Position numbers and translations under genes: made by a program | Notes under the pieces: model-generated | Told to the model about the DNA's origin: nothing | The model's database searches: none | What the model saw: only the letters and a program-made list of their open reading frames with translations | NCBI GenBank assembly: GCA_963719505.1 | Contig: CAVRCF010000005.1 | Span: 480,001 to 544,000, forward strand | DNA length: 64,000 nt | Direction: 5' to 3' | From: Halobacteriovoraceae bacterium | GTDB lineage: Bacteria > Bdellovibrionota > Bacteriovoracia > Bacteriovoracales > Bacteriovoracaceae | Shown here: positions 48,405 to 57,744 of the stretch, piece by piece | How the letters are laid out: every line of letters starts with the position of its first letter | Numbering within the stretch: the stretch's first letter is position 1

Positions 48405-50829
48405 AAGTCTTTTTATTAAAAAGTTGGCCCGTCGTTACTCCGTATGAGCTCACCTCTCCCATTTTCTCAATCACAGATCTGGGATCTACTTTCTGTGAAA
48501 TAAGCTCAAGATATGACTTTATTTTTACATTTAATTCTTCACTTGTCTCTTGCAGAGCTTCAAGTCTAAAGTTTTTAACACCAGTGTCAATCCAACCTGG
48601 GACCAAGCTTGCGGCACTCATAGGGTTGGCATTATACATGGTATTTCTGCATTCTTGATCAGCTTTAATTTCATGGGTATTTCCAAACATATCTTTTAAA
48701 TGAACTTTATGTTTTTCACAGGGCTTGCCACAATCTCTAAAAGAATTACCTTTTGATAAGAAGGCTGCAAACACACAATGCTCCATATGAAACTCGGGCA
48801 TATATTGATGAACAGTGATCTCTACTGATGATCCATCTACATTCTCAATAAGATCATTCAGCTGAATGGCATTAAGATCATAGGACAGACAGATTGACTT
48901 CAACTTTTTTCCTTTTAGATAATTAAAGGTGTATGAATTTGAAACGTTTAGTGAGAAGTCTCCATAAAGATCAAAGTTACTGTCTTGAAAGTAATTTAGC
49001 GCTCCTAGATTTCTAATAAGGATTCCATCTGGTGCCGCTCTCTCAATAAGTCTAAAATTATGATACTCATTTGGCTTTAAGATCCGAGTGGTTGCAATGG
49101 CTGTGTTGAAACCCTTCTCCTTGAGAAGCTTCACACTTTTAATATAATCCTTACCAAATTCATAATCTAAAGTCACAAGACCAATGAATTCGCTTGCCGA
49201 GAATTCATCCACAAACCCCATACACTGTTCAAGTGTTCTCAAAAGAATATTTAGCACTGGTTTGTGATCACGAGTTTTGGTTTCCAAAAGAGTTTTAGAA
49301 ACAAAGGGCTGAATGTTTTGGATTCTAAAGAGTCTTTTTTCATGAAGCTTTGCCACCATGTCTTGTTTTAAAAGCTTCAAGACTTTGCTGGGAATAAAGA
49401 GACCATCGTCAATAATCGCCTGGTGTGAACGTACCTGATAAGGAGTGTGAGAGAGTCCTGATAGAGCACTCATTACACTTTCAGCCGTTGCTGATGAGTT
49501 ACTCGCCTTCTCACAAATAAATTCGGAAACACTTACGACTTCCACATCATCAATCAAAGCCGTTACCATTATGTTTTTATCAAGCTTGGCTTCAATTTTT
49601 AAATCTATGAATAATTTTTTAAAATGACTCTTATCTGTATAGGATTTTTTTAATTCTTTTGAAAGAGAATCTCTCGAGTTGACAAAAACTCTCGCATCAA
49701 ACTCCACTTCTTTTAAAGAGAGCTTATTATCAAATTTAACAAGGTATCCGTCCGCTTTTTTAGTGACGGTATAAACGGAGGCTCCAAAACTTGTTTTCAG
49801 TCCGGAGATATAAAGTCCATCTCCATTTTGAATTTCAATTTTTGATTCAATAAGGAGTGCATCCTTGTGTACTTTTAAAACCTTCCCAACCTCAAGACCT
49901 CTATTGGATCCATAGCTTCCATCAACGAGTTCTTGATGAGCAACACCACCGAGCCATCCATTATAAAAACCTCTTGAAAAAGTTAAAGCCATTCTTTGCT
50001 TGGAAAGCTCGTCCACCTTATCTGAGTCGATAGCTTGTCGATAACTACTGGCCACACTTGCCACAAATTCTGGAGACTTAAGTCTGCCTTCAACTTTAAA
50101 AGATTCAACACCCAGTTTTTTTAGTGCCGGTATATCATCTATTCCACAAAGATCTTTTGGAGAGACGAGAAATTTTTTATCTAATAGCTCTTTCTTTTTA
50201 TCGTCGACAAAAAGCTCGTACTCAAAGCGACAGGACTGGGCACATTGCCCCCTATTGGCGCTACGACCGCCGAGACTTTCACTGGTAAAGCACTGTCCAG
50301 AATAGGCCACACAAAGTGCTCCATGAACAAAGACTTCCAACTCTTTATTTGTTTTTTCTTTAATTATTTTTATCTCTTCCAGTGAATTTTCACGGCCAAG
50401 AACAAAACGCTGTATATTTAAATCATCCAAAAGGGCAATCGCCTCATGATTCGTTGTGGTCATCTGAGTCGATGCGTGAATAATTTGATCCGGAGCAATT
50501 TGACGGATAATTTTAACAAGGCCCAGATCTTGAATGATAAGAGCATCTGGCCCCATTTTTAAAACTTCTAAAATCGCGGTGACAGCGGCATCAATTTCAC
50601 TTTCAAAAATGAGAATATTAAAAGCGACATGAACATGAACATTATAGAGATGGGCCAAATCTATAATCTCTTTCAGCTGCTCAAAAGAATGATCATGACT
50701 TCTCCCCCTAGCATTAAAGCCGGGCATCCCAACATAGATTGCATCGGCTCCATTGTGAATGGCAGCGGTTGCCATAGTGATATTTCCACAAGGCAATAAT
50801 AGTTCGCTAACAGGCTTAGAGGTATTCAT
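48376..50829 (-). CDS. U32-family Fe-S protein, RlhA-like rRNA hydroxylase
   Basis: GADAIY, HASTQ, VHGALCVAYSGQC, SANRGQCAQSCR and KVEGR; long architecture of the DUF3656-containing type. Confidence 0.8.
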   Translation of the reverse strand: MNTSKPVSELLLPCGNITMATAAIHNGADAIYVGMPGFNARGRSHDHSFEQLKEIIDLAHLYNVHVHVAFNILIFESEIDAAVTAILEVLKMGPDALIIQDLGLVKIIRQIAPDQIIHASTQMTTTNHEAIALLDDLNIQRFVLGRENSLEEIKIIKEKTNKELEVFVHGALCVAYSGQCFTSESLGGRSANRGQCAQSCRFEYELFVDDKKKELLDKKFLVSPKDLCGIDDIPALKKLGVESFKVEGRLKSPEFVASVASSYRQAIDSDKVDELSKQRMALTFSRGFYNGWLGGVAHQELVDGSYGSNRGLEVGKVLKVHKDALLIESKIEIQNGDGLYISGLKTSFGASVYTVTKKADGYLVKFDNKLSLKEVEFDARVFVNSRDSLSKELKKSYTDKSHFKKLFIDLKIEAKLDKNIMVTALIDDVEVVSVSEFICEKASNSSATAESVMSALSGLSHTPYQVRSHQAIIDDGLFIPSKVLKLLKQDMVAKLHEKRLFRIQNIQPFVSKTLLETKTRDHKPVLNILLRTLEQCMGFVDEFSASEFIGLVTLDYEFGKDYIKSVKLLKEKGFNTAIATTRILKPNEYHNFRLIERAAPDGILIRNLGALNYFQDSNFDLYGDFSLNVSNSYTFNYLKGKKLKSICLSYDLNAIQLNDLIENVDGSSVEITVHQYMPEFHMEHCVFAAFLSKGNSFRDCGKPCEKHKVHLKDMFGNTHEIKADQECRNTMYNANPMSAASLVPGWIDTGVKNFRLEALQETSEELNVKIKSYLELISQKVDPRSVIEKMGEVSSYGVTTGQLFNKKTYEDRKKHVE

Positions 50830-50892
50830 GAAATTGTCCTTTTTAGTTGGTGGAGTTAACCATAAAAGTAATCTGTATGCAATGCAATAAAC

Positions 50893-50916
50893 AAAAGCCC
50901 ACTTTTAAAAGTGGGC
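50893..50916 (-). terminator. Intrinsic terminator
   Basis: GCCCACTTTTAAAAGTGGGC palindrome with a T-tract on the minus strand. Confidence 0.7.
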
Positions 50917-50961
50917 CCTCTTATAAGAAAAGAATTTCTCATTTGTGACTTTTTCTTGTTT

Positions 50962-51393
50962 TTAGTTTTTTTGAATCTTACACCCAAATCTATAGAGCTC
51001 TCCACCGATACTCAAAAGAGATCCTGCGCTGGCGATATCACCTTTGAGCGCCGACAACATAGTAGAGTCTAGTTCACCAATAATCATATCGAGTTGTGGA
51101 ATCTTAAATTTGATTGTTGTTGCAACACTTGTAACTTCCCCAGGAACAATCGACGTTATATTTCCTCCACCTTCAAGTTGAATTTTTCCATATTTTGGAG
51201 ATTCAATTTCAAGATCGACCATGATTTCGTCTTGATCCATTGGAATAGTATCGTCAACACTGAGAATATGTTCAGCCTTATCTTCAACTTTAGTTAACGC
51301 ATTTTTGACTGAACACTTTAAAGTTACTTCGTGGGTTGCTGCAAAGCTTGAAAGACTACCTAAGACAATTATACCAGTTAATAATTTTTTCAT
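50962..51393 (-). CDS. Secreted hypothetical protein
   Basis: GAGGA RBS; signal peptide MKKLLTGIIVLGSLSSFA. Confidence 0.7.
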   Translation of the reverse strand: MKKLLTGIIVLGSLSSFAATHEVTLKCSVKNALTKVEDKAEHILSVDDTIPMDQDEIMVDLEIESPKYGKIQLEGGGNITSIVPGEVTSVATTIKFKIPQLDMIIGELDSTMLSALKGDIASAGSLLSIGGELYRFGCKIQKN

Positions 51394-51589
51394 TTGATCC
51401 TCGCTTGTTGAGAGTAGAGTTAAATCTATTAATAGAGGCAACCTACCAGCAACAAAGGCCTATAGCATTACGTCATGTAAAAATGACACTCCACGCAATG
51501 AATCAGCGACTTAGCTTCTACGCTCTATAAGTCTTTATAATTCAACATTTATGGGTACAATAGTGAAGTTACTGATTAAAGGTGGAAAT

Positions 51590-52504
51590 ATGACAACTCA
51601 AACTAAAACAACGACAGCTCAACTCAATAAAGATCTATTTGAAAGTCTGCTTGAACTTATTCGCGTGACTTCGACAGTTATCCCTGACGATGTCCAAAGA
51701 GTGATTATGAAAGCTCTCAAAAGCGAGAAGAAAAACACATCTGCAAAATATGCCATGGACATTATTGACGCCAATATAAAAATGGCAAAAACAAAGTCTC
51801 AACCTATTTGTCAGGATACGGGAACCATTGTTTTTAAAGTTTATCACCCAGCTGGTTTCTCTCAATTGGCCTTTAGAAAAATTATTGAAAAAGCGGTTAT
51901 TAAAGCGACAAAGCTTGGTTATCTTCGCCAAAACTCAGTGGACACTCTTACAGGGAAGAATGAATGCATGAATGTTGGTGGTGGACATCCTCAAATAAAC
52001 TTCATCGAGACGACGAAAAAAAATATTGAAGTAAAACTCATGCTCAAAGGTGGAGGCTGTGAAAATGTCGGTGCCCAGTACGCCATGCCATACACACCTC
52101 TTGAAGCCGGACGCGATCTGGCGGGAGTGAGAAAAGTTATTCTCGATGCCATTCAAAAAGCTCAGGGAAAAGGCTGTGGTCCAGGAACCCTAGGAGTCTG
52201 TATTGGTGGAGATAGGGCCTCTGGCTACGCCCATGCAAAAGAGCAACTTCTGAGAACTATGGATGATGAAAATCCAATAAAAGATCTCGCAAAACTTGAA
52301 AAAGATATTGTTACAACGGCCAATAAACTTGGAATTGGACCCATGGGCTTTGGGGGAAAGACAACTCTTTTGGGATGTAAAATTGGGGCGATCAATAGAC
52401 TTCCGGCCTCTTATTACGTTTCCATCTCTTATATGTGTTGGGCCTTTAGACGCCAAGGTGTAAGCCTTAATAAAAACCATAAAATTTCAAAGTGGTTATA
52501 CTAG
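51590..52504 (+). CDS. Fe-S fumarate hydratase/tartrate dehydratase alpha subunit
   Basis: PICQDTG, KGGGCEN, GCGP, GIGPMGFGG and CWA.R. Confidence 0.9.
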   Translation: MTTQTKTTTAQLNKDLFESLLELIRVTSTVIPDDVQRVIMKALKSEKKNTSAKYAMDIIDANIKMAKTKSQPICQDTGTIVFKVYHPAGFSQLAFRKIIEKAVIKATKLGYLRQNSVDTLTGKNECMNVGGGHPQINFIETTKKNIEVKLMLKGGGCENVGAQYAMPYTPLEAGRDLAGVRKVILDAIQKAQGKGCGPGTLGVCIGGDRASGYAHAKEQLLRTMDDENPIKDLAKLEKDIVTTANKLGIGPMGFGGKTTLLGCKIGAINRLPASYYVSISYMCWAFRRQGVSLNKNHKISKWLY

Positions 52505-52522
52505 TAGCGAGGATAATAGATT

Positions 52523-53089
52523 ATGAAAAAATTAGACTACCCTTTTAAGAAAGCGGATATAAAAAAATTAAAAGTTGGAGATATGGTTTTAATCTCCGGA
52601 AAGATGTTCACTGGTCGAGATGCTGTTCATCATAAAATTCACAAAGGGGCAAAGCCACCGGTGGATCTCAAAAATCAAATCATCTACCACTGTGGACCAG
52701 TTGTCTTAGAAACGAGTAAAGGAAAATACGAAGTTAAAGCGGCTGGACCTACAACTTCAATAAGAGAAGAACCTTACCAGTGGGAAGTTATGCGTGACTA
52801 CGGAATTATCGGAGTTATTGGAAAAGGTGGAATGGGTCCAAAGACACTTGCCGCTTGCAAAAAATATGGCTGTGTTTATATGCATGCTATCGGTGGTGCG
52901 GCTCAGGTTCTGGCAGAGAAAATTGTCTCTGTCGATAATGTTTACTGGAAAGAGCTTGGAAGTCCGGAGGCGATTTGGGAACTTACGGTAAAAGATTTTC
53001 CCGTTGTTATTACTATGGACGCCCACGGAAACTCTCTTCATTCTGAGGTTGAAGATGCATCTTCTAAGAAGCTTCAGTCTCTTTTATAG
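52523..53089 (+). CDS. Fe-S fumarate hydratase beta subunit
   Basis: GRDAVH, HCGP, AGPTTS.R, IGKGG and PEAIW. Confidence 0.9.
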   Translation: MKKLDYPFKKADIKKLKVGDMVLISGKMFTGRDAVHHKIHKGAKPPVDLKNQIIYHCGPVVLETSKGKYEVKAAGPTTSIREEPYQWEVMRDYGIIGVIGKGGMGPKTLAACKKYGCVYMHAIGGAAQVLAEKIVSVDNVYWKELGSPEAIWELTVKDFPVVITMDAHGNSLHSEVEDASSKKLQSLL

Positions 53090-53840
53090 TTTTATTATTT
53101 TGTTAAGCGATGCCAGCGCCCTTGAATTCATCGCCCACAGGGGTGAGAGTGCGAACTACCCCGAAAATACTTTAAGCGCCATCTCTGGAGCATTAGAGTC
53201 TCAATTTAACTATATCGAGATAGACGTTCAAATGAGTAAGGATCATAAAATTATCGTTATTCATGATGACTCCGTCGACCGAACCACAAGTCAGACAGGT
53301 TTAGTGAAAGACTACACTCTTAGTGAAATCAAAACGATCGACCCTACTATTCCAGAACTCTCAGAAGTCTTGGCTCTTTTTAAAAAAACCTCCATCCCTC
53401 TCATCATAGAGGTCAAAAATTCAGGAAATAAAAACAAAGGCATTGAGAAGATCATTGCTGAAGCCGTCAAAAAATCTAAAGCTAAGAACATTATCTATAA
53501 GTCATTTACTAAAAAGGTGCTCGATCGCTTTAGAAGCCTGGATGATAAAAAGCTTCTGTATGTCACACTTGGAAATATACCTTTTACTGGTCTCTACATT
53601 GATGACTGGCCAAGATTCGGATCAATTTTTGATTACAAAGATGTGGATTTTTATCAGGTCCACAGATATTTCATCAATGAGAACTCAAAGAAGATGGCAA
53701 AGAAACGAGGAGCAAAGCTCATTGCTTGGGATGTTCAAGATATAACGACCGTAAATAAAATGAATCAATATGGTGTTGATATTATAGAAACAGATTATCC
53801 ACCAGCAAGCTTTACTGAAAATCCTAACTTCTCTAAGTAA
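53055..53840 (+). CDS. Glycerophosphodiester phosphodiesterase
   Basis: IAHRG...PENT, EIDV, HD, EVK and TDYP. Confidence 0.9.
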   Translation: MHLLRSFSLFYSFIILLSDASALEFIAHRGESANYPENTLSAISGALESQFNYIEIDVQMSKDHKIIVIHDDSVDRTTSQTGLVKDYTLSEIKTIDPTIPELSEVLALFKKTSIPLIIEVKNSGNKNKGIEKIIAEAVKKSKAKNIIYKSFTKKVLDRFRSLDDKKLLYVTLGNIPFTGLYIDDWPRFGSIFDYKDVDFYQVHRYFINENSKKMAKKRGAKLIAWDVQDITTVNKMNQYGVDIIETDYPPASFTENPNFSK

Positions 53841-54142
53841 GCTTTCATCTTCTCTCTGCAATCGCCCTGAACCTCGATAGTATCATTTTTATAAGATCCA
53901 CCGCTTCCGCAAGTTTTTTTCAAATCCTTGGCCAATTTTTGAAAATATTTGGGATTGTGAGGAAGATCTTTAATCAATGAGACCGTCTTTCCTCCCCTTT
54001 TGTTTATTTCAAGCCAAATTCTCAAATCAATCTCTGAAGGTTTGATCTCTTGGACACTTTTATCTTCAGAGACTTTTCTTTGATCTCCATCTTCTTCGGA
54101 CCACAATAGGTTTACTTTTTCTTTTTTAATGAGCTTTGCCAC
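53795..54142 (-). CDS. yciH: Translation initiation factor SUI1/YciH
   Basis: RGGKTV, LKKTCGSGG, IEVQGD.R and C-terminal AGG. Confidence 0.9.
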   Translation of the reverse strand: MAKLIKKEKVNLLWSEEDGDQRKVSEDKSVQEIKPSEIDLRIWLEINKRGGKTVSLIKDLPHNPKYFQKLAKDLKKTCGSGGSYKNDTIEVQGDCREKMKAYLEKLGFSVKLAGG

Positions 54143-54213
54143 AAAATTCCTCTCTTAGATTTTACTTATTAAGACTTTCGGGGGTATAAAGCCATAATAA
54201 TAAAGGAGTCACC

Positions 54214-54978
54214 ATGAAGCTAGTAATTATTTTTTCACTTCTCATCACCCAAGCCTTTGCCCAGACGAGACAACAAATTGTTGATGAGGCTTCAAAACTA
54301 ATTGATAACGCAAATTATTCTAATGCTGACCAGCGCACTCTAAGTCGCGCGTTAAATCTCGTTCAAAGAGCGAATCTTCTTTTGGACAATGGAGACACAA
54401 GACCTGATACCGGGAAGGTATGTACTATTAGTGGTTCTAATAATTGGGTCTACATAGATGTTAATGGAACGAGAGCTCATTCAATTTACAATAACGGAAC
54501 TGAAGTTTTGGCAAAAGTCAGAGCTTTAGGCTGTAAAAGGCACTCAATAAACGTCACGGTCTTTGCGTCGACTCAGTGGAACTATTTAAAGGTTGGAGAC
54601 ACTAATATCTTCTCATTTTATAATAGTGGCGACCTGCTGATGAGTGCCCTAGAGAGCATCCAAACGATCGATGCTTTCAATATTGATATTCAAGAGGCGA
54701 CACTTACATCGAATAATAATTGGGTTTACCTAAAACTATCAGGTCATAGTATCTTCTCTTTTTACAATAGCCCTGATCAAGCAATCTTAAAAATTGAACA
54801 ATACCCGATTTTAAAAAATCTCATGAGAAGGAATCGTCACCAATGTTCCATTCAACAATCAAACGGATGGTCTTATGTTTATTTTGATCAGTCAGCGATT
54901 TATTCTTATTATAATAACTGGAGCCAAGCAGAACAAAAGTTAAACTACCTTATCGCTCTTGGAATATGTTTAAGATAA
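54214..54978 (+). CDS. Secreted protein with four W-x-Y repeats
   Basis: AAGGAG RBS, signal peptide; repeated S..W.Y......I.S.YN. Confidence 0.7.
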   Translation: MKLVIIFSLLITQAFAQTRQQIVDEASKLIDNANYSNADQRTLSRALNLVQRANLLLDNGDTRPDTGKVCTISGSNNWVYIDVNGTRAHSIYNNGTEVLAKVRALGCKRHSINVTVFASTQWNYLKVGDTNIFSFYNSGDLLMSALESIQTIDAFNIDIQEATLTSNNNWVYLKLSGHSIFSFYNSPDQAILKIEQYPILKNLMRRNRHQCSIQQSNGWSYVYFDQSAIYSYYNNWSQAEQKLNYLIALGICLR

Positions 54979-54979
54979 A

Positions 54980-55531
54980 ATGAAGTATATTGCCTTTTAC
55001 AAGCCCTATGGAGTTCTATGTCAGTTTACTGGAGAAGCTGGGGATAGAACTCTATCAGAATTCGATCTCCCTAAAGGTGTATACGCAGCAGGTAGATTAG
55101 ATAAAGACAGTGAAGGCCTTCTCGTTTTAACAGACGATGGGCTTTTCAATCAAAAATTGACCAACCCTAAATCCAATAAAGAAAAAACTTATCTTGTTCA
55201 GGTTGAAAACACTCCCTCATCTGAAAAGCTAGAAACACTCTCTCGTGGTGTTATCATCAAAGGCGGATATAAAACTCTCCCCTGCAAAGCTAAGTTAATC
55301 TCAGACCCTGGCTTTGAACCTAGAGACCCTCCTATCAGAGAAAGAAAAAGTATCCCAACAGCATGGTTAGAGATAAAACTTGTTGAAGGGAAAAATAGAC
55401 AAGTTCGAAGTATGACAGCTAGTATAGATCACCCTACATTGAGACTTATAAGAGTATCTGTAGGTAAATTAAATATTGAACAACTAAAACCTGGTCAATG
55501 GATTCAGGTTAAAAAGGAAGACATATTATGA
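54980..55531 (+). CDS. rluE: rRNA pseudouridine synthase (RluE-like)
   Basis: KPYGVLCQF, AGRLDKDSEGLL, RDPPIR.RK.IPT and EGKNRQVR. Confidence 0.88.
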   Translation: MKYIAFYKPYGVLCQFTGEAGDRTLSEFDLPKGVYAAGRLDKDSEGLLVLTDDGLFNQKLTNPKSNKEKTYLVQVENTPSSEKLETLSRGVIIKGGYKTLPCKAKLISDPGFEPRDPPIRERKSIPTAWLEIKLVEGKNRQVRSMTASIDHPTLRLIRVSVGKLNIEQLKPGQWIQVKKEDIL

Positions 55532-55782
55532 AAACAGAGATCTCAATAGATCCAAAAACTATGGATGCAAAAATACAATTTCAATTTGATGATTTCAAAG
55601 GGCCTATAGATTTTAAGAATTCTGTCGCTATTATTTCCATGATTGCTGGAGACTTTAGTTTAGACCCTGAGCTAGAGTTAGAGGATTTAACAGATTTAGT
55701 GGTCCAGGGTAAAGAAGCTGGCAACACATCCATCATCTTTGAAATTGGAGAGGATGGTATTGAAGCTGAGTTCTCTAAATAG
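55528..55782 (+). CDS. Small acidic hypothetical protein
   Basis: 84-aa ORF whose start overlaps the rluE stop (ATGA). Confidence 0.7.
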   Translation: MKTEISIDPKTMDAKIQFQFDDFKGPIDFKNSVAIISMIAGDFSLDPELELEDLTDLVVQGKEAGNTSIIFEIGEDGIEAEFSK

Positions 55783-56001
55783 CTGTAATTAAACAAATGT
55801 GTAGTTTTCTACATATTTGGGTATGACAAAGACAAATATTAATTATATTTTAAATCCAATTAGTTGGGGAATTAATTAAAAGAGATATTGTTTTACGCGG
55901 TGTGTAATTAGTACATTTAACTGATTATCTTACAATGAGATCGAAATTTTGTGTTTAAATCATTTAGAAACAAAATTCGAAACACGCATAGGAGCAATAC
56001 G

Positions 56002-56871
56002 ATGAGAAAAACATTTTTGGCAGTTTCTGCATTTGCACTGACCATGGGAGCATTTGCACAGACAAATACGACCACTACATCAGTAAAAAAATCAACATTT
56101 GACAAAATTAAAGAGAAAACATCTCTTGGATATTTCTCCGAGTACGGGGCAGAACTAAGTAATCCTAATAGCTCAGCGAACCTAAGACCAAATATTTGGA
56201 ACTCTATAAAAGCTAAATATCAAGTTAACAAGGCCACATCTGCCTTTATTGCCCATACTTTTACGTTAAACCAGTTTGAGGAATCAAATAGAGACGATGA
56301 CGGAAATAGAACGAACCTAAGAAGATACACTGATAGCGATATCAGAATTGGTGCTGAAACTTGGGGGAAATATAACAGTAATGTAAGTTTTAGAAATAGA
56401 GTGAGACTTGAAACAGCAGCAAACGGTGACTTAGCTTTTGGCCCTTCTGGGGTTGTTGGCGATGACGCTGATATGTTGGGCAGAATTAGAGCATCTCATT
56501 TAGCGACAACAACAGTGGGAAGACTTAGTCTGACAGGTGTTGCAACGTTTAGAAAATGGTTTTTCAACGACGCTGAAGTTGCCGACAATGCATCACAATT
56601 CGACCTTATTCCAACAGCAGTTGCTGAATATGCAATTACAGATAAAGTCACAGCTTACGCTGAATATTCAAAGTTCATTATGCACAGAGGAACAGAGGAA
56701 ATTTCTTTCGTTGAAGAGGGATACCAAGAACTCTATATGGGATCAAATATTTCTATCGCAAGTGGTTTTAACCTCGGTATTTTTGCTTACTTGAGTGGAT
56801 TTGGTGCTGCTGGAATGGTGCCAGACGAAAACATGGCCATGAGAATACAAGTCTCTGGAGCAATCTTCTAA
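56002..56871 (+). CDS. Outer-membrane beta-barrel protein
   Basis: AGGAG RBS, signal peptide, alternating beta pattern, C-terminal Phe; followed by a strong terminator. Confidence 0.7.
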   Translation: MRKTFLAVSAFALTMGAFAQTNTTTTSVKKSTFDKIKEKTSLGYFSEYGAELSNPNSSANLRPNIWNSIKAKYQVNKATSAFIAHTFTLNQFEESNRDDDGNRTNLRRYTDSDIRIGAETWGKYNSNVSFRNRVRLETAANGDLAFGPSGVVGDDADMLGRIRASHLATTTVGRLSLTGVATFRKWFFNDAEVADNASQFDLIPTAVAEYAITDKVTAYAEYSKFIMHRGTEEISFVEEGYQELYMGSNISIASGFNLGIFAYLSGFGAAGMVPDENMAMRIQVSGAIF

Positions 56872-56908
56872 ATAAAAAAACACTGAAAATATCATGGCCC
56901 AAGATAAG

Positions 56909-56932
56909 AAGCCCTCGCAAGAGGGCTTTTTT
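56909..56932 (+). terminator. Intrinsic terminator
   Basis: AAGCCCTC-gcaa-GAGGGCTT-TTTT. Confidence 0.9.
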
Positions 56933-56981
56933 ATTGGTATATTATCCTCTTGATACGAAACAAGTAAAAAGGAATAAGTTT

Positions 56982-57743
56982 ATGCTAATAGTCGTCTCTC
57001 CGGCCAAGAAGCTCGATTTTGACTCAGCTCCGCCTACCCAGGAACATTCTCAACCACAGTTTCTAGATACCACTAAGAAAATAATAAAAGACCTCAAAAA
57101 ACTAGAAGCATCCGAGCTGATGAAACTGATGAAAATCAGTCAGACGCTGGGTGAATTAAATTATAATCGAAATCAAAATTTTAAAACTCCTTTTAGTTTA
57201 AAAAATGCCAAGCAAGCGGCTTTCGCTTTTAAAGGCGATACTTACCAGGGTCTTGAATTTGAATCCTTCTCCAAAGCCCAGATGAATTATGCTCAAAACC
57301 ACTTTCGTATTCTCTCTGGCCTTTACGGACTTTTGAAACCACTTGACCTCATCCAGCCCTATCGACTTGAGATGGGAACCAGCTTTGGGATTGGGAAAGA
57401 GAAGAATCTCTATGGCGTATGGAGAGAACAAATTACACAAACCCTTCAACAAGAGCTTAAGAAAGAGAAAACTCTGGTCAATCTTGCAAGTAAAGAATAT
57501 TTCTCAGCCATCGAGTTTGAATCCCTTGATGCTCAAGTGATAACCCCAGTTTTCAAAGAACAAAAGAATGGCAAATACAAAATCATCAGCTTTAATGCCA
57601 AAAGGGCCAGAGGAATGATGAGCCAATTTATCCTTAAAAATAAAATTGACTCTATAGAGGGGCTCAAAAAATTTGATATGGATAATTATAAATTTAATAG
57701 CGAAATGAGCTCCAGTGAGGAACTCGTATTCACGAGGTCTTAA
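56982..57743 (+). CDS. yaaA: Peroxide stress protein YaaA
   Basis: SPAKKLD, F.GD.Y.GL, LSGLYGLL.PLD...YRLEMG, NLAS.EY and AKRARG. Confidence 0.95.
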   Translation: MLIVVSPAKKLDFDSAPPTQEHSQPQFLDTTKKIIKDLKKLEASELMKLMKISQTLGELNYNRNQNFKTPFSLKNAKQAAFAFKGDTYQGLEFESFSKAQMNYAQNHFRILSGLYGLLKPLDLIQPYRLEMGTSFGIGKEKNLYGVWREQITQTLQQELKKEKTLVNLASKEYFSAIEFESLDAQVITPVFKEQKNGKYKIISFNAKRARGMMSQFILKNKIDSIEGLKKFDMDNYKFNSEMSSSEELVFTRS

Positions 57744-57744
57744 T

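Noticed and set aside
48376-50829. Collagenase/protease
   Set aside because: U32 proteins with this Cys motif are established Fe-S hydroxylation enzymes rather than proteases.
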